In this document: positions 25,496 through 36,525 of the stretch, in pieces | How positions within the stretch are numbered: position 1 is the first letter of the stretch | Layout: each line of letters opens with the position of its first letter | From: a virus | IMG/VR virus record: IMGVR_UViG_3300033182_000538 | Span: 32,001-96,000 of that record | DNA length: 64,000 nt | Direction: 5' to 3' (one strand) | The notes under the pieces: generated by a model | Told to the model about the DNA's origin: nothing | The model's database searches: none | Seen by the model: the letters and a program-made list of their open reading frames with translations, nothing else | Program-made: the position numbers and the translations under genes

Positions 25496-25596
25496 GGAAA
25501 GTTTGGTGGTACGGAGGGGTCGTTCTACCCTTGTTCCAGCGTTATTCAGCTAAAATAATTCTTTCTAATTACGAGGTAATTAGTGTCTCGTAAATA

Positions 25597-25815
25597 CTAC
25601 TCTTGTAGTATTATACGACCGTAGTTATGGTCTTCTCTGAACCATTTATAGTCGTGTTCGTGTAGAAAGTTCTCTACTATCTCTATCATATAAGGTGAAT
25701 TGCCTGTAATGATTGACCATCCTTCAGTAGAATGGTATCCTAATAGGTTCTCTTCTAATAAGGGAATTACTTCTTTGTGTGTTACTCCGTGAAGGTCTAT
25801 TCTATTATTTTTCAT
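25597..25815 (-). CDS. Smr/MutS2-domain small protein
   Basis: IDLHGVT...IITGNS...N-G motifs. Confidence 0.7.
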   Translation of the reverse strand: MKNNRIDLHGVTHKEVIPLLEENLLGYHSTEGWSIITGNSPYMIEIVENFLHEHDYKWFREDHNYGRIILQE

Positions 25816-25870
25816 ATATAGACCTTCTTTAAAGAATCCTCGTAGAGGATTATATGTAAATCTACTTGTC

Positions 25871-26071
25871 TCATACTATATGTCCCTTATACATTCTGTT
25901 CATATATTCATAATCCCACAAATTTCTTTCTATCCTATATTGATGGAAATATCTTAGAGACATCAACGAACCTTTCCATTTGAGGGGTCGTTCAATGTAA
26001 AATTGAATAGACTTTGTATGGTGGTCTACGTTAACCCATATCTCTATATCTTTTGGGATTCTCTGCTTCAT
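25871..26071 (-). CDS. Hypothetical protein
   Basis: ATGA overlap with the upstream ORF. Confidence 0.5.
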   Translation of the reverse strand: MKQRIPKDIEIWVNVDHHTKSIQFYIERPLKWKGSLMSLRYFHQYRIERNLWDYEYMNRMYKGHIV

Positions 26072-26256
26072 ATCTTGTATTTCTTCTTGTATTTATCCAC
26101 AAAACCTTCACCCATTCCTACATCCAATATCTCGTATTTATGAGGTATGGGAGGCTTTCGTGTGGTGGTGGAAATTATTCTATCAACCGTCTTATCATCA
26201 AAGGTCTCCATATATACCTTTCCACCCTTTCTTTTCCTATATGTAACTACAATCAT
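26068..26256 (-). CDS. Hypothetical protein
   Basis: ORF on the coding strand. Confidence 0.5.
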   Translation of the reverse strand: MIVVTYRKRKGGKVYMETFDDKTVDRIISTTTRKPPIPHKYEILDVGMGEGFVDKYKKKYKI

Positions 26257-26464
26257 ACTTTAAATCTTTGATTTATATTAGAGACGCTAGTCTCATTATA
26301 TATTAGTGTCTCCAAACCAGTCATCGTACTCATCTTTTAATCCATCCATTAAGGTGGAGTCCCAGTCCTGTAATTCATTTAGAATAGAAGGATTTGGAAG
26401 TTTATCTTCCAAATTTTTCTTGGACACACGATATCGTTCGTGTCCTCCACGATGTGGGTCGGTC

Positions 26465-26665
26465 TTACTCATCTCTACCTTGATTTAAATCATTAAGGAT
26501 TTCTTCTTCGGTAATCTTAATTGAAATGTAAGGTCGTTGTGCGTTGTCTACGATTCTTGACCATTCATCTTCTTGGACTTCTTCGATGTGGGTGTTTGTG
26601 GGCTGTGTCTTGTTTCCGAATGACTTCTTCTTGAACTCGTTGATTAGTTCATAGATGTTTTTCAT
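26465..26665 (-). CDS. Hypothetical protein
   Basis: Abuts the Nudix gene. Confidence 0.5.
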   Translation of the reverse strand: MKNIYELINEFKKKSFGNKTQPTNTHIEEVQEDEWSRIVDNAQRPYISIKITEEEILNDLNQGRDE

Positions 26666-26666
26666 A

Positions 26667-27065
26667 TTACTCCTTTGTTTTATTTAAAAATATATAATAG
26701 CTCCCTTTAACTATATGTATTACTTCTCTACTAATTGGAGTTAATTTATAGTCTTTTATTTCACTAAAAGTTACAAATTTAACAGACTGATGGTCATTCA
26801 TCTTTGCTTTCCCACTCTCGTACTTCAATAAGAATGGATACACCATTATATCTTTTATCTCTCGTTCGGGTATTAAGTAGTATGGTATCACCCCAATTTC
26901 TAACTCTTCCATCCACTCTCTTTTGACAGCCTCATCGGGCGTCTCATTGGGTTCTATTTTACCACCTGGCAATTCCCACAAATCTGGATATGATATATTG
27001 TCTGACTTTCTCTGACCTATAAGGAATCTATCCTCATCTATTAACATACCCGTTACTATTGTCAT
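26667..27065 (-). CDS. Nudix hydrolase (MutT-like)
   Basis: Nudix box WELPGGKIEPNETPDEAVKREWMEELEI. Confidence 0.9.
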   Translation of the reverse strand: MTIVTGMLIDEDRFLIGQRKSDNISYPDLWELPGGKIEPNETPDEAVKREWMEELEIGVIPYYLIPEREIKDIMVYPFLLKYESGKAKMNDHQSVKFVTFSEIKDYKLTPISREVIHIVKGSYYIFLNKTKE

Positions 27066-27250
27066 ACTACTATAATTCCTGCTGCTTCGTAATCGAATGG
27101 TATTCCATATTTTTCACTTTGTGTAATCATTACCTCCGTAATCATCCACATTTTTTCTGGTTGTGTATTCCATAAAAGGGAAGTCACAAAGAACTCCCCT
27201 AATATACAATCATCATTTGGAATACCTGCGTAGTGTATCACAAATACCCC

Positions 27251-27628
27251 CTATCGTTTCAATTCTACTTCTACTTCATACTCACTCACGCGTGAGTGTA
27301 CGAATTTAATAATAGAAAGAGCTCTTTTATTGAATTTTGAATCGACAAGGACAAATGTAGCTTCTCTTACGATTTTACCATTATCATATGCCAATTCAAC
27401 CGCTGATAGTTCAGCACACAACTCCCCATTATAATACACATCCGTTCCATCATATGTTAGCCCACTTGTATCAACATTCTTTAATGGATTAACTGCACAA
27501 CTTGTTAGAAATAGAAAGAAAAGTATTAGAATCGCTCCAACGAAGCCAAGACCTACAATCCTATACGAATCTTCCATTTGTTTGGGAGTTCTCCCTTGGG
27601 TACTTCTATATTGTCTTTTATTATTCAT
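27251..27628 (-). CDS. Probable lipoprotein or membrane-anchored protein
   Basis: Hydrophobic helix ending in LTSC. Confidence 0.55.
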   Translation of the reverse strand: MNNKRQYRSTQGRTPKQMEDSYRIVGLGFVGAILILFFLFLTSCAVNPLKNVDTSGLTYDGTDVYYNGELCAELSAVELAYDNGKIVREATFVLVDSKFNKRALSIIKFVHSRVSEYEVEVELKR

Positions 27629-27637
27629 ATTATTAAT

Positions 27638-28243
27638 TTATTGTTCGATTATAAAACTAAACCAATCTTCACCAGCTACGTTAATATTTGGAAAATAGAA
27701 CTTCCAATGATTACCTTTGAAATGTATGGTCTTATAGAATCCTCTTGGGATTGCTGCACCACCTGGCACTCGTTCTGGATTTTCCGTGAAATCCACCTCA
27801 ACGACTACCACCACCTCAAAGAACTTAGCAAGGTCTCTCTCAAATCTCTCCAACTCTTTCCACGGCCCTCTATTGAGTCCTTCGTGTTGTAAAGCACAAT
27901 TTAGATAGGTAAATGTTTTTTTGATTGTTTCTTTATCACAATTGAACGCATTAGCGGGTGCAAGGTGACCTCTATCCCATTCGTTGTCTTTGTAATCTTC
28001 GTTATCTGAAGTATGAACATTATCATATCCATACCACGAGATTCCACTTCGGCCTTGTTCGCCAGTTGGACATTCTACTCTATATTTTAGTTTGATTGGT
28101 TGTTCATAATCCTCAGAGTAGGTAACTGTAAAGATATCAGTTACGATTGTTTTTCTGTCTTGGCCTACTGATGTAAATCCACAAGCCAAGGAGAATCCCA
28201 CAAACAATAGCAACACCCATTTACTCTTCATCATCATCCCCAT
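27638..28243 (-). CDS. Secreted DNA/RNA non-specific endonuclease (NucA/EndoG family)
   Basis: Signal peptide; DRGHLAP, TFTYLN..LQ..LNRGPW..LE and IPRGFYK motifs. Confidence 0.88.
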   Translation of the reverse strand: MGMMMKSKWVLLLFVGFSLACGFTSVGQDRKTIVTDIFTVTYSEDYEQPIKLKYRVECPTGEQGRSGISWYGYDNVHTSDNEDYKDNEWDRGHLAPANAFNCDKETIKKTFTYLNCALQHEGLNRGPWKELERFERDLAKFFEVVVVVEVDFTENPERVPGGAAIPRGFYKTIHFKGNHWKFYFPNINVAGEDWFSFIIEQ

Positions 28244-28808
28244 TTTCTAAATAAACATCCGTTCGTGCTTCTGCCATAAGTTCATCCTTAGCATCGGCTA
28301 CATTATCCCAAAGAGAGTCCCATTTTTCATCGTAGTTCTCATCTTCTGAATTTGGTATTTTATCACTCCAATCCTCAGAGTAATCAACCATCTCACCTCT
28401 CCACATACATCCACCTCCAATGAAGTTTAATCCCTCATCTTCAAATGTGAATGAAATCTCTACATCTTCATCGACCTCGGAAAGAACATTCCATAGTTGT
28501 TCAATCGCTTCCTTTGGCCAAGACCAAGCTGAAGTGGTGTTGATTTCACAATATTCATCTTCGATTTGGGAATCATCAATATAACACCATTTAGCTCCCA
28601 TATCTTCGGTATATTCTCCTCGGTCATATTCTACCGATTCATCAAGGTCGTATAATTTTTTATACCACCACATAGTTTGTTGTTGGTCTTCCCAACTGGC
28701 ACCTCTGAACATATCTATCATTTTTTGATAGACTTCATTGTTGTCAGATGTTACCTCAATCCAAGTCGAAACGTGATTTGCCATTTTATTTTGTATTTGT
28801 TGAACCAC
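28221..28808 (-). CDS. DUF1281/YubB-like ferredoxin-fold protein
   Basis: MANHV start, GAKWC, TSAWSWP and FEDEG..F.G pattern. Confidence 0.5.
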   Translation of the reverse strand: MVQQIQNKMANHVSTWIEVTSDNNEVYQKMIDMFRGASWEDQQQTMWWYKKLYDLDESVEYDRGEYTEDMGAKWCYIDDSQIEDEYCEINTTSAWSWPKEAIEQLWNVLSEVDEDVEISFTFEDEGLNFIGGGCMWRGEMVDYSEDWSDKIPNSEDENYDEKWDSLWDNVADAKDELMAEARTDVYLENGDDDEE

Positions 28809-28877
28809 TTATTGGTGTAATATCATCCCAATAAATGAAAATTTGTTTATTATTCATTCTAATATACGAAATTATTT

Positions 28878-29533
28878 TTAATTATCCAAAAGTTTTGGGT
28901 CTTCTTTTTCTTCTGGCTTTAAATCATCAGGTAAGTCTTCATTAGAAACCTTTTGTTTGGTTTCTTCTTCTACACGTTTTACACAAAACAATCTATCCTT
29001 TTTATTACCAGTTCCCCATAACCATCCAATTGTTCCTTTGATTCTACTTATTTCTTCTTCTATCTGATTTAAATTCTTTTGTAATATCACCTCATCGTTA
29101 TTGTCTAACTCGTAATCAATATCATATTCCCCAGCGTAAGATAACATAGAGGCCAAGTCTTGTGATTGATATGCATTATTCAATTTCTGAAATGATTCAT
29201 CCGTACCACCTCGGTCAGGATGAAGTTTCGCGGCTAATTTCTTATATAGGTTTTTTACTTTTTTTGGAGCGTTTCTTAACAACTCACGTTGTTCTTCCAA
29301 CTCCTTTTGGCGAGCTTTTCTATCCTCTTCTGCTTTTTTGTAGTGTTCGGTTGGGTCTTCGAATCTGACCTCACCCGTATCTTCATTTACCCAAGCTTCC
29401 TTCGGAGATTGATAGTACTTGGAAAAATACTTATCAAAATCCGAAGTGTAAGTAATCATATCTTCTTTTACAATATCTAATTCAAGTTGGAGATATTCAT
29501 ACTTCAGTTGAAGCATTTTGAGTTTTTTGTTCA

Positions 29534-29534
<1 letters not shown>
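28878..29534 (-). CDS. J-domain co-chaperone with coiled coils
   Basis: LYKKLAAKLHPDRGG...FQKLNNAY motif. Confidence 0.8.
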
Positions 29535-31132
<1,598 letters not shown>

Positions 31133-31729
31133 TTATTTACCTTTTTGTTTTTCTCTTGCTTTTTTAATTTGTTCTGCTCTCCATTGTGGTTGTTTACCAC
31201 GAAGGTTTCCTCTGAGATTGTGGAAACAATTATAACATAAAAATCTTATGTTGTCTTTTTTGTGATTTGTCCAGTCATCATCCATATGGTCAAGAATCAA
31301 TGGTATTGTACCATCAGTCAATCTTTTCTCATTGTAACCACATTGGTGACATTCGTGGGGGAAATCTAAATCTTTTTTATGTGAATTATTAATTAATCGT
31401 TTTTTCAATAGGAATACAGGATATTCAGGATATTTACCATCCAAAATGTCATCCAAAGCGTATTTACCTTGACTAACATTGTATGGTTTTTTAACACCCT
31501 TACCTCTCTGATTCTTGTGTAAGTCCCAAAGAGTTTTTCCTGTTTCTTCATCAATGTATAATTTGGAATACTTTTGATAGGTGGTCAAAGATACATTTAG
31601 GAATCTAGCACCACCTGAGTTTGACTTTGAGTTCTTCATAGCGTATCTAATCTGAGCCTCGGTCAAATTCAAGGGAGTTCTGCCTTTCCCAAGAACGTAT
31701 CCGTTTGATAATTTTTGACCTTTTTTCAT
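31133..31729 (-). CDS. HNH endonuclease with N-terminal HTH
   Basis: CHQCG...LILDHMDDDWTNHKKDNIRFLCYNC motif. Confidence 0.8.
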   Translation of the reverse strand: MKKGQKLSNGYVLGKGRTPLNLTEAQIRYAMKNSKSNSGGARFLNVSLTTYQKYSKLYIDEETGKTLWDLHKNQRGKGVKKPYNVSQGKYALDDILDGKYPEYPVFLLKKRLINNSHKKDLDFPHECHQCGYNEKRLTDGTIPLILDHMDDDWTNHKKDNIRFLCYNCFHNLRGNLRGKQPQWRAEQIKKAREKQKGK

Positions 31730-31759
31730 TTTCGTAACTCCATTTATAATAAATATGGA

Positions 31760-31999
31760 CTAAGCGTATTTTAAGACTATACTTTCTAAAAATTGGAAAT
31801 CTTTAAATGATAGTGTTATGTTATCCACTCTTACCTTTTGTTCCAAATCATACAACTTTCGTTTGTCTTTATAAGATAGTACTCCTTTTATATGTTTTGG
31901 ATTTGAATATAGTATTGATTTTACACCACTAATCATCATAGAGTGGCGATGTAGTTCATTATGGATAAGTTCACCTATTTCCATAACACTTGAATACAA
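31760..31999 (-). CDS. Hypothetical protein
   Basis: ORF on the coding strand. Confidence 0.5.
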   Translation of the reverse strand: MYSSVMEIGELIHNELHRHSMMISGVKSILYSNPKHIKGVLSYKDKRKLYDLEQKVRVDNITLSFKDFQFLESIVLKYA

Positions 32000-32319
32000 A
32001 TCAATAAGGTTGCTAGAATCAAAGATATTACAGTTTTAGGAGTCATACCTTGATTAAACAAGGCTGACACCCCAATAGCGTAAATAATCATTCCGATTCC
32101 AAATCCAATAAATCTGGCTGGCCAAAACATACCACCTAATCCATCGATGGTATATCTTGTAGCCCAAATGTAACAAAATGAAATAGGTACACCAAGTATG
32201 GCAAGTATTAGTGAATTTTCTTTAGCCCAATCCCATTTGAATTGAGAGTTCAATTGTAAAAATACAGCGATGTGTCCTATAAAGAACCAAAAAATTCCTA
32301 TGAGTAATCTAATATTCAT
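31975..32319 (-). CDS. Four-TM membrane protein (EamA/SMR-like)
   Basis: Four hydrophobic helices; start trimmed to MNIRLL. Confidence 0.6.
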   Translation of the reverse strand: MNIRLLIGIFWFFIGHIAVFLQLNSQFKWDWAKENSLILAILGVPISFCYIWATRYTIDGLGGMFWPARFIGFGIGMIIYAIGVSALFNQGMTPKTVISLILATLLICIQVLWK

Positions 32320-32474
32320 CATCATCAATAATTTCACCATCATCATATGCTTCGGTTGATGGTAGTCCCGAATAGTGACAATATTGTTCATACCAATATA
32401 CATCATCCACAAAATCTTCGTGGTCTTCGTTAAGAGGGTCGTTCCCCTTCATCTTTTCGGATTCAATCCAGCGT

Positions 32475-32765
32475 TTAGTTAGACCCATTGATTAACATTA
32501 AAATTTCTTGTTCACGATACATATTGTACTTCTCACCATCCAACTTCATTTGGATGCCGGTGTTGGGGACAATTACTTTGTCACCTTCTTTAAGGTTCAT
32601 TGGAATGAGTTTACCATTGGCTGTATAGATACCACTACCTATAGCGACTACTTCACCCTTCATCTGCTCTTTAGCATCCGATGGTTTGTATAGCCCACCT
32701 TTAGTTTTCTCTTCTTCTTTGATTACTTTAACCAGTACATAATCGTTCAAAGGTTGATATTTCAT
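32475..32765 (-). CDS. groES: Co-chaperonin GroES
   Basis: PLNDYVLVK, EEKTKGGL, GEVVAIGSG, LKEGDKV and REQEIL motifs. Confidence 0.95.
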   Translation of the reverse strand: MKYQPLNDYVLVKVIKEEEKTKGGLYKPSDAKEQMKGEVVAIGSGIYTANGKLIPMNLKEGDKVIVPNTGIQMKLDGEKYNMYREQEILMLINGSN

Positions 32766-32812
32766 AACTTGTTTTCTTTTATTTTAAACTAATATACGAA
32801 AAATATTTCGTA

Positions 32813-33055
32813 TTACAAAATTCTTTTTAATATTTCTATGAAATCCCAAATATCTGATGAGGTATTGAATTTTACTTCAGTATCCATTATCTCAACAAAG
32901 ATACCATCTGAATCCCATTCATCGGATGCGTTTGATATAAGTGTTAACCCACCCAAGTCTAAATTGTAGTAGCACCAATCTTGTGGTGACCCACTACTTT
33001 CTGCGGTTTCATCGACCCTTTCGAATCCAAGGTCGATTAAATCTTGTTCGTTCAT
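32813..33055 (-). CDS. Hypothetical protein
   Basis: MNEQDLIDLGFE start. Confidence 0.55.
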   Translation of the reverse strand: MNEQDLIDLGFERVDETAESSGSPQDWCYYNLDLGGLTLISNASDEWDSDGIFVEIMDTEVKFNTSSDIWDFIEILKRIL

Positions 33056-33068
33056 TATGTGTCCTCCT

Positions 33069-33269
33069 TTACCTAACTATACTAAAAGATACAATTCCAT
33101 CACAATTTGTACAAATTTTTGTGTCAATTCTTCCTCTAACACAAGAATCGTGCTCCCACAACTCTACTACGTTCTGAGAAGTACACTCACATTTGGAATC
33201 CGTACATTTCTTCCAACCATACTTTTTTAGGTTAGGATGTTTAGCCCACTCTTCCCTTAAATAAATCAT
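33069..33269 (-). CDS. Small Cys-rich (zinc ribbon-like) protein
   Basis: CxxxxC...CxxC motif. Confidence 0.5.
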   Translation of the reverse strand: MIYLREEWAKHPNLKKYGWKKCTDSKCECTSQNVVELWEHDSCVRGRIDTKICTNCDGIVSFSIVR

Positions 33270-33619
33270 AGACTTACATTTTCAAAACCACCATTCTTTG
33301 GAACAGTGATTGCTTTAGCTCTGACTTCGTTAGGGGTTCTTTCACTATTGTTATTGATTAGGATTCTCTCGGCTCTCCCAACCCCCATCACAAGTTGGTG
33401 GAATGGAATACCTAACAAATCCATCTCTTGAATAGTGTCATCCCTTAGTTCTTCAGGTCTAGCAGTCGTTAAGACTATGTGGTGACCTTCTTTGAACCAT
33501 TGAGTCATCTTCTCTACAACGCCTGGCAAAGCCACACTTAGAAAAGGGTCTAACTCTTCGAATTTGACTTGATGTACTAATGTTCCATCAATGTCGGTGA
33601 AAATAGTTTTTGGTTTCAT
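33266..33619 (-). CDS. HAD-superfamily phosphatase-like protein
   Basis: TDIDGTL, LTTARP and FHQLVMG motifs. Confidence 0.8.
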   Translation of the reverse strand: MKPKTIFTDIDGTLVHQVKFEELDPFLSVALPGVVEKMTQWFKEGHHIVLTTARPEELRDDTIQEMDLLGIPFHQLVMGVGRAERILINNNSERTPNEVRAKAITVPKNGGFENVSL

Positions 33620-33639
33620 ATTTTTAAATTATTATCTCT

Positions 33640-33705
33640 CATTACAGTACTAATATACGAAAATATCTGTATATATCCAAATATTAATGTTAAGAAATTG
33701 TTAAG
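33640..33705 (-). promoter_or_regulatory. TTAACA-box promoter repeat
   Basis: ttacagtactaatatacgaa...ccaaatattaatgttaagaaattgttaa. Confidence 0.75.
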
Positions 33706-33707
33706 TT

Positions 33708-34355
33708 TTACCAATTTTCTTTGGCTTTTTGTTGGTCTGATTCTACCCAACTGAACAATCTTGTATCTTCAATATCGTGAAGAACTATTGTTTTATCAGT
33801 AACTCTATTATCATAGAAATATTCATAACCAAACAAAGCCACATCAGAATCACAATATTTAATGATTTCATCTGAAAACATTTTACACCCGTTTGCCCAA
33901 TAAATGTCGGTGTAAGTATCCAAACATACATTTACAATTCTTGAATTAGGAGCCGACCCATACACGGTACAATCAACTAATGTGTTGTTGTCTTGTGAGG
34001 GTTTCATACCTGAAAAGAATGTATGATTTGGATTTAGTTTGTCAAGAATTTTATCAAATGACTGAATTGGGTTACAATCCACATCAACGTAGATACCACC
34101 ATAGTCTCTCAACAATAGCAATCTAATCCTATCACAAATAAAAGCCCATTTATATAATTGAGGGTCTTTTGTATATTCTTTAAGAAACGGGTCATCCTTG
34201 TAAAGTTCCGTAAATACTTCGTTACCCCACAATTTATGCTCGTAATCAGGATTTACCAAAGACATTCTCTTGACAAATTCTTGACAATGTTTTGGCATTT
34301 CGTTGTCCCCAATCCACAACTGATGGATTATCTTGGGTATTTTTATTTCACTCAT
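33708..34355 (-). CDS. Glycosyltransferase family 32 (DXD, OCH1-like)
   Basis: IPKIIHQLWIG and DRIRLLLLRDYGGIYVDVD motifs. Confidence 0.88.
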   Translation of the reverse strand: MSEIKIPKIIHQLWIGDNEMPKHCQEFVKRMSLVNPDYEHKLWGNEVFTELYKDDPFLKEYTKDPQLYKWAFICDRIRLLLLRDYGGIYVDVDCNPIQSFDKILDKLNPNHTFFSGMKPSQDNNTLVDCTVYGSAPNSRIVNVCLDTYTDIYWANGCKMFSDEIIKYCDSDVALFGYEYFYDNRVTDKTIVLHDIEDTRLFSWVESDQQKAKENW

Positions 34356-34390
34356 ATCAACTTGTTTCGTATAAATATGTTTTTTTAAAG

Positions 34391-34579
34391 TTAGTAAGAC
34401 AAGTGACTTAACTTTGTACCAAGTCTTTTCATATGTTTACAAGGAGTATATCTACTAAACTCTCTAGCTTTACACTCACAATCTACAATTCTATAATCTT
34501 CTACCGTAACATTGTAATAAGACAACTTACCTGTCTTTTTGTTACGAGACCCCATTTCTCTATACTGCCACCTTTTCAT
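34391..34579 (-). CDS. SWIM zinc-finger small protein
   Basis: CECKAREFSRYTPCKH (CxC-x-CKH); start trimmed. Confidence 0.65.
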   Translation of the reverse strand: MKRWQYREMGSRNKKTGKLSYYNVTVEDYRIVDCECKAREFSRYTPCKHMKRLGTKLSHLSY

Positions 34580-34898
34580 TTTGTTTCTGAATTTTTTCAA
34601 GTTCCACTTCCAACCCACCGACTTTATCGGGAGCACTCCATTGAATCTCGTGACCAAGATACTCAAACTTCTCAGCTATCGTATTTTGTTTCTCTAAAAC
34701 AACCTTGATAGCAGCCTCCAAATCGGCTGTATCAGCGTACATAATCTCATCCGAATCAATCGGCATCAGAAAATAGTGGCCACCTTTCGGTTTCCAGTAA
34801 GGAACTTCACCGAACCCCTCAGGTCCGACATTATAGTTCTCGTAATACTGACACTCTACTAATAGATTAACCTTCATTTTTGACAAGTTTAAATTCAA
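34560..34898 (-). CDS. Hypothetical protein
   Basis: QYYENY...YWKPKGG pattern. Confidence 0.6.
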   Translation of the reverse strand: MNLNLSKMKVNLLVECQYYENYNVGPEGFGEVPYWKPKGGHYFLMPIDSDEIMYADTADLEAAIKVVLEKQNTIAEKFEYLGHEIQWSAPDKVGGLEVELEKIQKQNEKVAV

Positions 34899-35061
34899 TA
34901 CTCATAAATCCCCCAACCCCAATTAGAAAGGACATAAAACAAAAGAACATCTCATTCAATGGGTCATCGAATTTAATTACTTCTTGAACGTGGCCGGTCA
35001 TTGTACCAATACCGATAACAATTCCGAGAATACCAACTAAAATAGATTTGAAATTATTCAT
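34867..35061 (-). CDS. Small two-TM protein
   Basis: Two hydrophobic helices. Confidence 0.5.
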   Translation of the reverse strand: MNNFKSILVGILGIVIGIGTMTGHVQEVIKFDDPLNEMFFCFMSFLIGVGGFMSIEFKLVKNEG

Positions 35062-35062
35062 A

Positions 35063-35614
35063 TTACTTGTTTAGGATTAGACTAGCTTTTTGAATCACTT
35101 TTTGATTAGAAAGATATTTCGTAGTGTCCTCAAGAGTTCTACCAATGTTCTTTACTTCATTAACAATCCACTCAACAGTTCCGAACTGAGGTCTATTGTT
35201 TACCATAACGTATTTACAATTACCTTCAAGGTCATTACCATTGTCAGTTTTGTAATTTGCATCTTCGTGTTCGTACATATCAATCATACCATTGAAACTT
35301 CCGTACTTCCACAACTGAACAAAGTTTTTGATTGTGTTGTAATCTTCGGTAGGAATCTCACTACCATCTTGGTTAGTGACATAGACATCAAGTGAGTTAC
35401 CCCCACTAAACCAACTAGCTTTGACCTTACAAAGGTAGTTTTTGTTGAGGTTCTTTACGAATTGTTTAGTCATTTGACCAGCCTCAGTTGGGCCGATGGA
35501 AAGGTATTTTTTACCTTTGTTATCACCCCAAGTATATTCTCTTAGAGCGGTCTTTCTTACTTTGTAAGTCACACCTTGGAAACTTACTTCAATGTTTGGA
35601 TTTTGTTTTTTCAT
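35063..35614 (-). CDS. LPD29-like protein, paralog 2
   Basis: FSGGNSLDVYV...WKYGSFNGMIDMYE...KYVMVNNRPQFGTVE, colinear with 24240..24815. Confidence 0.6.
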   Translation of the reverse strand: MKKQNPNIEVSFQGVTYKVRKTALREYTWGDNKGKKYLSIGPTEAGQMTKQFVKNLNKNYLCKVKASWFSGGNSLDVYVTNQDGSEIPTEDYNTIKNFVQLWKYGSFNGMIDMYEHEDANYKTDNGNDLEGNCKYVMVNNRPQFGTVEWIVNEVKNIGRTLEDTTKYLSNQKVIQKASLILNK

Positions 35615-35632
35615 ATCTTTATTATTAACTCT

Positions 35633-35702
35633 CAATCTTACAGTACTAAAGTACGGATAATATTTGAATTATCCAAACTTTTAATGTTAAGAAATTGTTA
35701 AG
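35633..35702 (-). promoter_or_regulatory. TTAACA-box promoter repeat
   Basis: aatcttacagtactaaagtacgg...ccaaacttttaatgttaagaaattgttaa. Confidence 0.8.
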
Positions 35703-35934
35703 CTTTCATCCACATTTCGTAGATGGTAGTGTAACTTAATCGGAGTTGTTTTGCCAATTCTTCAAACACTCGTTCTCTGATAATGCTATCAAATACTCCA
35801 AGAAAGTCGTACACATCAGTACGAGGTTTAGTTTGTAACATCCAAAGTAACCCAATGAAAGTTACATCCTCATTAATCTCATTACCCAACTCATCACTTG
35901 GGTAGTTCTTCAAATAAAACTCTTTAATTGTCAT
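35698..35934 (-). CDS. Hypothetical protein
   Basis: Stop codon lies inside a TTAACA box. Confidence 0.6.
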   Translation of the reverse strand: MTIKEFYLKNYPSDELGNEINEDVTFIGLLWMLQTKPRTDVYDFLGVFDSIIRERVFEELAKQLRLSYTTIYEMWMKA

Positions 35935-36136
35935 AACTCTTATTTTAAAACTCCAATTACTTTACCCAGCGTAACGAAGTCTTTATTGGACAATGCCTTT
36001 ACCCAATCCGCATCCACATCATCTATGTGAACACCATTGTCAAGGCCATCAAACTTTGCGTGAACTAACATTGTCTTTGTGTCAATCACACTTCCTACTG
36101 AACTTAAATCTACTAACATAACTTATCTCTCTTATT

Positions 36137-36202
36137 ATTACATTATAAATGTAGTGAATAATTTTGTGAATTCCAAACTTTTAATGTTAAATTTGTGTTA
36201 AA
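36137..36202 (-). promoter_or_regulatory. TTAACA-box promoter repeat
   Basis: ttacattataaatgtagtg...ccaaacttttaatgttaaatttgtgttaaa. Confidence 0.7.
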
Positions 36203-36449
36203 CTTTTCCCATATTCATTGTATGGATACCTAACTCACGATTAAGGGCCCGAGTCTCGGCGTTGTCTAACATATGAGTTGGAACGATGTAAGACTCGTAT
36301 CGTGAATTGGTTCTGACAATATCAAGTTTACCTATCGTGTAAAGGTACTTATGGTCGTAGTAATGTTGAACCTCCTTCTCACGATATATCTTATTTTCTT
36401 CAGCGATATCTTGGAGGGCCATTTGTTGAACTGACATCTTGTTTTTCAT
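36198..36449 (-). CDS. Hypothetical protein
   Basis: Flanked by two promoter repeats; stop codon lies inside a box. Confidence 0.6.
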   Translation of the reverse strand: MKNKMSVQQMALQDIAEENKIYREKEVQHYYDHKYLYTIGKLDIVRTNSRYESYIVPTHMLDNAETRALNRELGIHTMNMGKV

Positions 36450-36450
36450 C

Positions 36451-36525
36451 TCTCTTAATCTTACAGTACTAATGTAAGGAATAAGTTTGAGATATCCAAA
36501 TTTTAAATGTTAAATTTATGTTAAA
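36451..36525 (-). promoter_or_regulatory. TTAACA-box promoter repeat
   Basis: tctcttaatcttacagtactaatgta...ccaaattttaaatgttaaatttatgttaaa. Confidence 0.75.
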
